DNA from: Reclinomonas americana ATCC 50394 | Taxonomy: Eukaryota | NCBI GenBank assembly: GCA_048213135.1 | Contig: PS015127.1 | Span: forward strand, 84,473-119,070 | DNA length: 34,598 nucleotides | Reading direction: 5' to 3' | Shown: positions 24,395 to 34,598 of the stretch, one piece after another | Layout: the number at the start of each line of letters is the position of its first letter | Numbering within the stretch: the stretch's first letter is position 1 | The notes under the pieces: model-generated | Seen by the model: the letters and a program-made list of their open reading frames with translations, nothing else | What the model was told of the DNA's origin: nothing | Database searches by the model: none | Translations under genes and position numbers: made by a program

Positions 24395-27300
24395 ATGGAG
24401 CCACACGTGCGCAACGATGACCACGACGCTGGAGGCACGACACACGCTGCAGCAACGTTGCGACGCACAATATGTTCCGGACATGGCACTCAGCTCTCAC
24501 TCACTCACACACTCTTCTCCCTTCTCCACACAGGCGTCTCTCTCCTCCACTGCGCTTCCCCGCGCCGGCAGTACCGCTGCCTGCGCCACCGCCAGTGCCG
24601 CAGCCGCCGCACTTTGGCGCAAGTGTCTCCCCACGCAGTGGCACACCACCGCCCTCACAGCGACTGCCACCGCTGCCCACCGACGCTGCCAGCAGTGTCA
24701 GACGTTGCGCGCGCGCACACACACACACACGCACACAAGTAAGCGTCTAACATATACACACACTCTCTCCATCAATGCACAGCGTTGAATGCGGCTCGAT
24801 TGCTGGCCGGTCGCGGCTTCAACAATGCCGCGTCACCGGCGTCGCCGACGTCGTCGCCGCGCTTTGCTCTGGCGACCACATTGCCTCCACGTTTGGCGAC
24901 GCTGCCGGCCGCGGGAAGCGCTGAGCCGGCGGCAGCACGCTTGTCAGATGTGCGACTGCATTTGCCACCGGCGCCGTTTGCCATTCGACCGAGTCGCGCG
25001 GTGCATGATGACGAGGATGATGAGGGCGGTGATGATGAGGCGCCGCCGCCACCGCCGCCACCGCAATCGACGGCTTCGGCGTTGCGCCCGGTGACACCGT
25101 TGCAGCCGTTTGCCATGTCGATGAATCGATCGCTGGGCCCGCGTCCAATCCCGGGACAGGTGCCGTCGCCGCCGCTGGATGCGCCGTTGCAGTTCAATCC
25201 GCTCTTTGCGTCGCGCGCTGTGCGTCACTGTCGTCGTTTATTTGTGCATGCCATCGTCTCACTATGTTCTTGTTTGCTCGATGAACAGTTGTCGCAGCTG
25301 CCGNNNNNNNNNNNNNNNNNNNNGACTGGCGTTGAGCGAGCCACACCTCGCGTGTCGGTGGATTCGGGTCGACGTGCGGCCGAGGCGCTGTTGCCGGCAT
25401 CGTTTGTGGCACAGCCGCAGCAATTGCGTCCGCCGCAGCCCGTGTCCACCACCATTGGTGTGCCACACTTGTCGGGGGATGGCGGTGCGCGTCGGAGCGA
25501 TGTGTACTCGTTGCCTGTGGCTCAGTTTGAAGACTTGCGGCTGGCCGCACGCGTCCTGTCACAGCAGCAACAACAACAAGAGATGCAACTACAGCAGCAT
25601 TTCCAACAGCAACTGCAGCAACATCAACAGCAGCAGGAGGAGGAGGAGGCGAAAAAGTCCGGAGTGCGGCGTCGATGCACCGCGAGACGCTTCTGGATAA
25701 TCTTCTTGATTGTTGCTTGTATCCTCTTGCTGCTCGGCTCCGCGGCTGGAGTCTTGTATTTGTACCTGCGGCCAGAGACGGTGCCGCAGAAAGTCACCAG
25801 TGCGTTCTCCCTCGCGCCTCGTTTTCCCGTTCACTGTTTACCATTTATTCACTTTTGATTCTGCATGTGTGTCCTTCCCTCCCTCCCACCAGCCACCACC
25901 ATTGTCGTTGGATCAACATCGGGAAGCGTCACAACCACAGACGCCACACTCACAGTTCGTGGCGGTGTTGCCGCGTCGTCCGGAAAGTTCCGTTCTCGTG
26001 TCTCCCCGCTGTGTATTACCATGTTCGTTCTCATTTTTTGCGCTTCGTGCGCGTGTGCAGCATATCGACGAACAACACGGACGTGGGCTACCGCTTCTCA
26101 TCAACATCAACAGGCATGTTTGCTGTCAGCGTTCTCAATCTGGCATCGTCTGTAATCCCCGGCTCCGGCGATTCGCGCATCGTCTCCGAGCGTGTGTCGT
26201 CGTCGTCGTCCTCCTCCTCCTCCTCCTCCCCATCTGCAACAATGTGCAGCCCAACGGCAGCCAGCGACGGCCCGACTGCCCCGCCGACAACTCTTGGCAG
26301 TCCTAGTAGCAGCAATAGTCGTAATTATAGGAATCAGCCGCGGCAGGCGGCAACTGCCGCCCCGCAGTGCCAGTCGAGCGCCGGCGGCACCGCCTCGGCC
26401 AATGTCGGCGTCCAGGCGCGCGATGTCGACACGGTGCGCAGCAGCACCTCGGATCTGGCGTTTTTGCACGACGCCAAACAAGTGTTGACGTTTACGGCGC
26501 TCTCCGACTCGTTGGAGGCCGCACTTATTGACGCCAAGTTGCGCCTTGCCGTGCCTTGTTAACTATATTTCCCTCCCAGTGTCTGAATTATCGTTCGTCG
26601 CACGCAGCGTGTACATTATGCAACGCAGTCTCTACCTGGGCCACGCGGCATCGGACTCAGCCACCCTGTCGGAACGCTACCGTGCTCGACGGCGTGTTTT
26701 GCAAGACGACTCGGGTGTTCTGCGCCTCAATCCGGACTCGGCGTACTCGTCGGTCACCATCGGACAGTCGACGTTGGTCGTCAATAATAGCACGCTGACT
26801 GTCGCCGGTACCGTCTATGCGCCGGGGTACCAGCTCTCCAGCGCACCCTCTGCGTCCGGCGTGTTCTACGCCAACTGTTGCGTCTCCACTGCACGATCGC
26901 TTTGCCTCTGTTGCTGACAAACTCTTGGTCTTTTGTTAACGCTCAGCACATGTTGTCATTGGCAATTCCGGCCAGAATCGCATCAAGGTACCGGCCTCCA
27001 CCAAGGATCCTGTTGTTATCACGGGCCCTCTTGAAGTGGAGCAACCTATCTTTGTCGGCCTTGACGATGTCGGCAATCGGATCCTGAGTCTGACCAGTAC
27101 CAAACTGACGGTGGGCGACAGGCAAACGACCACCGACGTGGAGTCGGTTGGCCGCCTGGCGGTCACGGGCCCGAGTATTGCCCTCAACTTGCGCATGGCT
27201 CTTGTGTCGGGTGTGTCTGACTTGACGGTCGGAGTCGACACGGATGTGGTGAGAATACCGGGCATGCTGAGCGTCTCCAAGGCGTCCACCTTTGCGGCCG

Positions 27301-30300
27301 CCCTCACGGCACAATCCACATTGACGGTCACTGGAGCAACTACACTTCAAGGCGCCGTCACGGCATCGTCTTCGGTTACTGTGACCGGTACGCTTTCCGT
27401 GCAGGATGCGCTGACGGCACGCACACTGGCGGTCACTGGTGCCACGAATCTCGGCTCCACACTGTCGGTGTCCTCTGCCGTCACGCTCTCGTCGACATTG
27501 GCGGTGACCAGCGACGCCACATTATCGGGCGCGCTGATTGTCAACGGCGTGGTGCAGGCTCGGAGCTCGGTGGTAGTCACTGGCGATACGACCATCGCCG
27601 GCACTCTGACCACCAACGGAGCGGCGGTCCTCAATGGCTCAGTGACACTGCCAAACGGCAGTGCGCTCACCGTCGGCACTGGCGGTGCAGTATTCAACGG
27701 CACCCTGCGCACTAACGGACAGACGACTCTGGCTGGCCCTGTGCAGATCAACAACGGTAGTCTGCTGACTGTCGGTACATCGGGAGCCACATTTGCTGGT
27801 CCGATCACGATGCAGGCCGGTCAGCTGCTGACTGTCGGCACCGGCGGCCTCACGCTCGGCGGCGCGCTGCAAGTCAATGCGGCATCGTCATTCAGCGGCT
27901 CTGTGGCCGTGACTGGCGCAAATACGTTGACAGTCGGCACCGGAGCTGCGACATTCAATGGCCCACTGCGTGCCACGGCCACCTCCGTCACCACGCTCGA
28001 CGGCACGCTGGCGGTCAATGGCGCCGCAACATTCAGCGGAGCCGTAAGCGTGACCGACACCGGTTCCTTCGCGGTCGGTGTCGCTGGCATCGTCTCCAAT
28101 GGACCAATCAGTGTGGCCAATGGCGTCACACTCACGGTTCCGTATCTGCTTGTCGTTTGCTGTGCGCCCACTCACGTCCACCATACTCATGCGTTTTTGC
28201 TTCGGTATGCAGGTGGGCACCGGAGTGACGACGCTTGGCGGCGAATTGCGTGTGAGGTGTGTGTATTTTCCTTGAGTCTTTGTGTGCGCGTGATAATCGT
28301 GGCTCATCTCCGCTCTTCTCCTTTCCTCGCCAAAACAGCGGTGTCACCACCTTGTCTGGTGCGCTGACCACGAACGGCACGGCGACATTTGCCAATTCGG
28401 TTACTCTCGGCAACGCAGCGTCGCTGACGGTGGGCACTTTGGGTGCGACCTTCAACGGCCCTGTAACGCTGTCGGCCGGTCAGCAGTTGACAGTCGGCTC
28501 TGGTGGCCTGACGGTGAACGGATCGCTGATCACCACGGGTTCATCGACCTTTGGTGGTGGCGTCACCTTCAACAACTCAGTCAGCGTCAACGGCAACATC
28601 ACTGTCGCCGATGCAAAGCTGGTGACCATTGGTACGGGCGGCTTGCGAGTAACGGGCTCGGTTCAGGTGGACTCGAGCGCAGCGCTCAACGGTTCAGTGA
28701 CGATCGCCAACGGGCAGTCATTCACTGTCGGCAACGGTGCCAGCGCCATTCGCGGAACGCTTACCGTCGATGGTGCCACTACGTTTACGACCACAGCCGT
28801 ACACACTGGTGCCACCACCTTCAACGGCACTGTGACTGTTGCCGATGGCAAGTTGGTCACTATCGGCTCTGCGGGCATTGCGCTGAATGGGCCACTCGCG
28901 CTATCCGGCGCCAACACGCTGACACTGGCCACTGGGACGGCGACATTCGGGGGAGCTGCGACGTTTAGGTACGTGTGTGTATGTGTTTGTGTTTGTGTAG
29001 TCTGTTCGTTTCTCTCAGTCTGTCTGCTCACCTCCTCCTTCTTCTTTACGCAACAGTGGTGCAACCACCGTCAACGGTCAGCTGACTGTCAATGGCCAGT
29101 CGTCGTTTGCGAACAGCGTTGCGTTGACGGACGCCGCCAGTCTCACGGTGGGTGCGCTCGGTGCCACGTTCAACGGCCCTGTGACTATCAGCGACACGCG
29201 CTTGCTGCGCGTTGGCACGGGTGGCGTTACAGTTGCCGGAGTGACGACGCTGAATGGCGCGCTCACCGTGGGCGCCGCCTCGCAGTTCAACGCACCCATT
29301 GTGGTGTCCAACGGCAACGATGTGCGCGTGGGCACTGGTGGACTGGCTGTCACTGGTGCTATTAGTGCGCAATCGACGTTGAATGTCACCGGAGCGGCGA
29401 CGTTGCAGTCTTCGCTTGCTGTCACTGGTGCTACGCAGCTCAATGGTGTACTGCAAGTTGGACAGGCCACCACACTCAACAGCACGTTGCTCGTTTCCGA
29501 CACGGCCACCATCGGCGGCGCTGTCAACGTAAGCGGTCCCACAAACATGCTCGGTACCATGTACGCGCAGGGAGTTGCGCGCTTCGATGCCACGTTGAAC
29601 GCCAATGCTGCGGTGAATGTTGGTACGACACTGTCGGTCACCGGCAACACCTCAGTCTCCACGCTTGTAGCGTCCGGGCTGGTAACTGCTGGCAGTCTGA
29701 CCACCGCCGGCACTATAAATGCGTTGGGTCTCATTATCGGTGGCAGTCTGTCGACCGCAGGCACGCTGTCTGCGACCGGTTCACTGACTGTCGGTAGCAT
29801 CACGACGGGCGGCGCACTTGCGGCCACGGACTTGGTGACTGGCGGCAGCTTCACAACCACCGGTAGCATCAGCGGCGCCACGATGAGCACTGCCGGTCTG
29901 GTTTCTGGTGGAAGCCTAGCTACTGCCGGTACAGCAACTGTCACGGGCACCATTACTGGTGGCANNNNNNNNNNNNNNNNNNNNCCGGCAGTCATCAGGC
30001 CCGTCACCGTCACCGTGCCGCCAGTCGCAATGCTACCGCCACTCACCAGGCCCGACGTGCTCACCGAACCGCTCTGCAGCGACCCCACAGTTGTCACACT
30101 GCCGCCCGTAATCACACCAGCCGCCTGCACAGTGCCGCCTGTCGTCAGGTTACCCGCCGTCACCAGACCGCCAGCGATCACGGCGCCACTCGTCGTGAAC
30201 CCGCCGCCGCCCGTCACCAGGCCGGCAGCACTCACCGAGCTCGCACTCGCCAGGCTGCCCACAGATGCTGCGCCGGTGGCACCAATCGTGCCGGCCGTCG

Positions 30301-33300
30301 TCAAACTGCCGGCAGTCATCAGGCCCGTCACCGTCGCCGTGCCGCCAGTCGCAATGCTGCCGCCACTCACAAGGCCCGACGTGCTCACCGAGCCGCTCTG
30401 CAGCGACCCAACGGTCGTCACACTGCCGCCCGTAATCACACCAGCTGCCTGCACGGTGCCGCCTGTCGTCAGGTTACCCGCCGTCACCAGACCGCCAGCG
30501 ACCACGGCGCCACTCGTCGTGAACCCGCCGCCGCCCGTCACCAGGCCGGCGGCGCTCACCGAGCTCGCACTCGCCAGGCTGCCCACCGATGCCGCGCCAG
30601 TCACATCAATTGTACCGGCCGTCGTCAAACTGCCGGCCATCAGCACGCCCGTCACCGTCGCCGTGCCGCCAGTCGCAATGCTGCCACCACTCACCAACCC
30701 CGACGTGCTCACCGAGCCGCTCTGCAGCGACCCGACGGTCGTCACACTGCCACCAGTGATCAGGCCCGCAGCCGACACAGTGCCACCAGTCACAAACGAG
30801 CCGCCAGTCACACTGTTGGTGGCCGCAATGGTGCCGGCCGTCGTCACACTGCCGGCCGTCACACCGCTGCCAACCACCAGCGTACCGTTGCTGCTAATGC
30901 TGCCGCCGCTCACCATCCCCGACGCGCTCATCAGCGCCGCCAGCAGCGTGCCACCAGTGGTTACACTGCCGCCACTGACGACACCTGCCGCACTCACAGT
31001 TCCACCACTGACGAGCGTGCCGACTGTGGCGTTGGCCAGCACCGTCAGCGTGCCGTCGGTGGTCAGACTGCCACCGGCCACCACGCCCGACGCACTCATG
31101 GTACGACCTTGCAATGTGCCGGCCGTGGTGACGCTCCCACCTGTGATGATGCCGACTGCGCCAATGGTGCCACCAGTAGTGAAGCNNNNNNNNNNNNNNN
31201 NNNNNNNNNNNNNNNNNNNNNNNNNNNNNNNNNNNNNNNNNNNNNNNNNNNNNNNNNNNNNNNNNNNNNNNNNNNNNNNNNNNNNNNNNNNNNNNNNNNN
31301 NNNNNNNNNNNNNNNNNNNNNNNNNNNNNNNNNNNNNNNNNNNNNNNNNNNNNNNNNNNNNNNNNNNNNNNNNNNNNNNNNNNNNNNNNNNNNNNNNNNN
31401 NNNNNNNNNNNNNNNNNNNNNNNNNNNNNNNNNNNNNNNNNNNNNNNNNNNNNNNNNNNNNCAGTTTGACGACGGCCGGCACGATTGGTGCCACTGGCGC
31501 GGCATCGGTGGGCAGTCTGGCGAGTGCGAGCTCGGTGAGTGCCGCCGGTCTGGTGACGGGCGGCGGCGGGTTCACGACGAGCGGTGCCGTGGTCGCTGGC
31601 GGTCTGGTGACGGCGGGCAACCTGACGACAGGCGGCACTGTGCAGGCGGCTGGTGTGATCACTGGCGGCAGCGTGACGACCGTTGGGTCGCTGCAGAGCG
31701 GCTCGGTGAGCACGTCGGGCCTGGTGAGTGGCGGCAGTATCGCAACTGGCGGCACGGCGACGGTGACGGGCCTTATGACTGCCGGCAGTTTCACGACGGC
31801 TGGCACGATTGGTGCCACCGGCGCGGCATCGGTGGGCAGCCTGGCTAGTGCTAACGCAGTGAGTGCCGCCGGCCTGGTGACGGGCGGTGGCGGATTCACG
31901 ACGAGTGGCACCGTGGTCGCTGGCGGTCTGGTGACGGCGGGCAACCTGACGACAGGCGGCACTGTGCAGGCGGCTGGTGTGATCACTGGCGGCAGCGTGA
32001 CGACCGTCGGGTCACTGCAGAGCAGCTTGGTGAGCACGTCTGGCCTGGTGAGCGGCGGCAGCATTGCGACTGGCGGCACGGCGACGGTGACGGGCGTGCT
32101 GATGGCCGGAAGTTTGACGACAGCCGGCACGATTGATGTGACTGGCGCAGCATCGGTGGGCAGCCTGGCGAGTGCTAACGCAGTGAGTGCTGCCGGCCTA
32201 GTGACGGGCGGCGGCGGGTTCACGACGAGTGGCGCCGTGGTCGCTGGCGGTCTGGTGACGGCGGGTAACTTGACGACGGGCGGCACTGTGCAGGCGGCTG
32301 GTGTGATTACGGGCGGCAGTGTGACGACCGTCGGGTCGCTGCAGAGCGGCTCGGTGAGCACGTCGGGCCTTGTGAGTGGCGGCAGCATTGTGACTGGCGG
32401 CACGGCAACGGTGACGGGCCTGATGACTGCCGGCAGTTTCACGACGGCTGGCACCATTCAAGCAGTCGGTGTGATCACTGGCGGCAGTGTGACGACCGCG
32501 GGCAGTTTGCAAGGACTGACGATGAGTGTATCGGGCGTTATCAATGGTGGCAGTCTGAATACGGTCGGCACGATTGTCAGCACTGGTTCCCTGACAGCCG
32601 GAAGTGTGACGACCGGCGGCGTGGTGACAGCCACCGGCCTAATCACGGGTGGCAGTGTGACGACGGCAGGATCGTTGCAGAGCGGCAGCGTGAGCTCCAA
32701 CGGTCTAATGTCGGGCGGCAGTCTGTCGACGGCAGGAACGCTTGTGAGCGCTCTCTCGGCGACAGTGGGCAGTTTGACAACTGGCGGTTCCATGTCGGCC
32801 GCCGGGCAAGTGACGGGTGGCAGTTTTTCGACAAGCGGCTTGATCTTGGCGACGGGAACAATTGTGACGCAAAGCGATGTGTTTGCGGGTGGGCGAGTGG
32901 CTGCCGTGGGGTTGGTGCAAGGCGGCAGCTTGTCGACGGCTGGCCAAGTGCTGTCGGTGGGTGATATGATAAGTGGCGGTAATGTGTCTGCCAGTGGAGC
33001 CGTACGAGGCGGCAGTGTGAGCACGAGTGGTGGTGTGATTGGCGGAAGCATGTCGACGTCGGGCACCGTGAGTGCGCAGGGTGTGATGAGCGGCGGCAGT
33101 CTGACGACGATTGGCACGATTGTGGCGGGAGGACTGGTTAGTGGAGCCAGTCTGAGCACCACGGGTACCGTGGTGGCTGGCGGCGCACTTCGTGCTGCCA
33201 CCATCACGTCGTCAGCTGACGTGACCACCGCCACCATTGTCGCCTCCGGACTTGTAAGCGGTGGTAGCTTTGTGACGTCTGGCACCGCTACAGTGACGGG

Positions 33301-34598
33301 TTTGCTGTCGGGTGGCAGTCTCAGCACTGCAGGCACAGCTGTAGTTGCCAGTGTGCTTACTGCCGGCAGCGTAACGTCGGCTGGTGCCATCACGGGTGAT
33401 TCACTTTCGGCTGCAGGCATTGTCTCAGGCGGCAGCATGACAACCAACGGCACTGGCGTGATTGGTCGCACTCTCAACGTTGGTGGCGTGCTGACTGCTG
33501 CAAGTGACCTGTCTGTGACCGGCGGTAGTGGGGCCAAGTTCACTGGGCCCGTGTCGGTCGACGGTGGCACCACCTTTGGTGGCCGTGTGGACATGAATAA
33601 CGTGGTCAATGTGACTGGAGCGGTCACGCTATCCAACACTGTGAATTCCTCCAGTCGCATCACCGCCAGCTCTCTGACATCAACCGGCAACGTGGATTCG
33701 CTGTCGTTGAATGTCGCTGCGGCGGCTACTGTGGGCACAACGCTCACAGCGGCTACAGTGACTAGCACAGGCGCAGTATCGGCCTCTGGTACTGTGTCTG
33801 GCTCTTCGTTGTCCACGAGCGGTTCGTTGTCGGCGGGCGGTGCGCTTATGGTGGGCAGTGTTACTACTGGCGGGGCGATTTCCGCTGCCGGTGTCATCAC
33901 TGGTGGGAGCGCGGTGGTCAACGGCGCCGTTTCCGCTGCTGGCACGATTTCCACCAGCAGTTTGACGACCGCCGGTGCCATCAATGCTGCTGGTGCACTG
34001 CTTGCCGGCAGTTTGTCTACCGGTGGCACGCTGAATGTAGGCGGCGTGATTACGGGGGGCAGTGTTACAACGCAGGGCTCCCTCGCAGGCTCCTCTGTCA
34101 GCACGGCCGGTGTGATTTCCGGAGGCAGCATTACGACTGGTGGATCACTGGCAGTGGGCAGCCTGACGGCTGCCACCAGTGTGTCCGCTGCCGGTCTGAT
34201 TGCTGCCGCCGGCGGTGTGCAAACCGTCGGCGCTGTGAGCGCCGCCGGTCAGCTGTCTGCAGGCAGCATGTCGACCGCGGGCACCTTGATTGTTGGTGAT
34301 GTCATCACGGGCGGTTCGTTGACGACCACCGGCAGTGTTCAAGGCCTCACCACCAGTGCCTCGGGCCTCGTGAGCGGTGGCAGTTTCGCCACGCAAGGCA
34401 CCATAATTGCCACCGGTGTGATTCTCGGTGGCAGCCTCACTACGGCTGGTAGTATTGCTGCTGCGGGCTCTCTGTCGGCTCGCGATGCCACTCTTGTTGG
34501 TTTCGTCGCCGCCAGTGGCATTGTCAGTGGCGGCAGTCTGTCGACGACTGGCACGCTGACTGTGACACAGTCTATCACTGCCGGCTCGTTGTCGACCT
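24395..34598 (+). CDS. Giant (about 3000 aa or more) single-pass, probably type II membrane protein with a Gly/Thr/Ser/Ala/Val-rich beta-solenoid-like repeat ectodomain; runs off the window
   Basis: Pro/Gln-rich N-terminus, basic 'VRRRCTARR' before a TM segment 'FWIIFLIVACILLLLGSAAGVLYLYL' (about 25691-25768), then 'LTVGTGGATFNG'-type and 'GGSLTTAGTIxAxG'-type repeats. Ten introns lie before 29057. Segment 29985-31185 is coded on the minus strand as assembled. Confidence 0.8.
29985..30760 (-). repeat. Two full plus one partial 324-bp (108-aa) coding tandem repeat units, inverted orientation
   Basis: 'ccggcagtcatcaggccc'-type boundaries at 29985, 30309 and 30633, spaced 324 apart; reverse complement of the units at 31463-32434. 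Confidence 0.9.
31463..32434 (+). repeat. Three 324-bp (108-aa) near-identical coding tandem repeats
   Basis: 'agtttgacgac/agtttcacgac' boundaries at 31463, 31787, 32111 and 32435, spaced exactly 324 apart. Unit SLTTAGTIGATGAASVGSLAS...VTGLMTAG. Confidence 0.92.

Noticed and set aside
31463-32434. CRISPR array or satellite DNA
   Set aside because: Units are contiguous in-frame coding repeats with no unique spacers, in a eukaryotic context.
29985-34176. Long 'PPVVTLP'-rich ORFs (latter part of 29124..31469 +; 31096..32457 -; 32458..34176 -)
   Set aside because: They are antisense shadows of the Gly/Thr/Val-rich coding strand; the biased codons rarely create reverse stops.

Overview
This window is a draft-assembly scaffold with many N gaps from an intron-rich, GC-rich unicellular eukaryote; the taxon cannot be determined. 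Introns are short (mostly about 60-95 nt) and laden with microsatellites. Manual splicing gives 12 protein-coding genes, most truncated by gaps, in strictly alternating orientation: possible kinesin N-terminus (-), His-rich membrane protein (+), GpsA-type glycerol-3-phosphate dehydrogenase (-), divergent histone H3 (+), hypothetical protein (-), TRAPPC11 (+), SDA1 (-), FolD (+), DNAJC17/Cwc23 (-), Cep57-like (+), long coiled-coil protein (-), and a giant single-pass Gly/Thr/Ser/Ala/Val-repeat protein (+). The most striking signal is a second class of 5' splice sites. About 16 of about 87 hand-inferred donors read GT-T-NNG (GTTGCGT, GTTTCGT, GTTCCGT), which is the normal GTNNGT consensus shifted by one nucleotide, with the conserved G at +6 instead of +5. 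They are used almost only when the last exon base is not G. A 1.2-kb contig inside the giant gene appears mis-oriented, because flipping it restores the frame at both ends. All gene models, homology calls and counts are manual, from memory of the families, and need RNA-seq and database confirmation.
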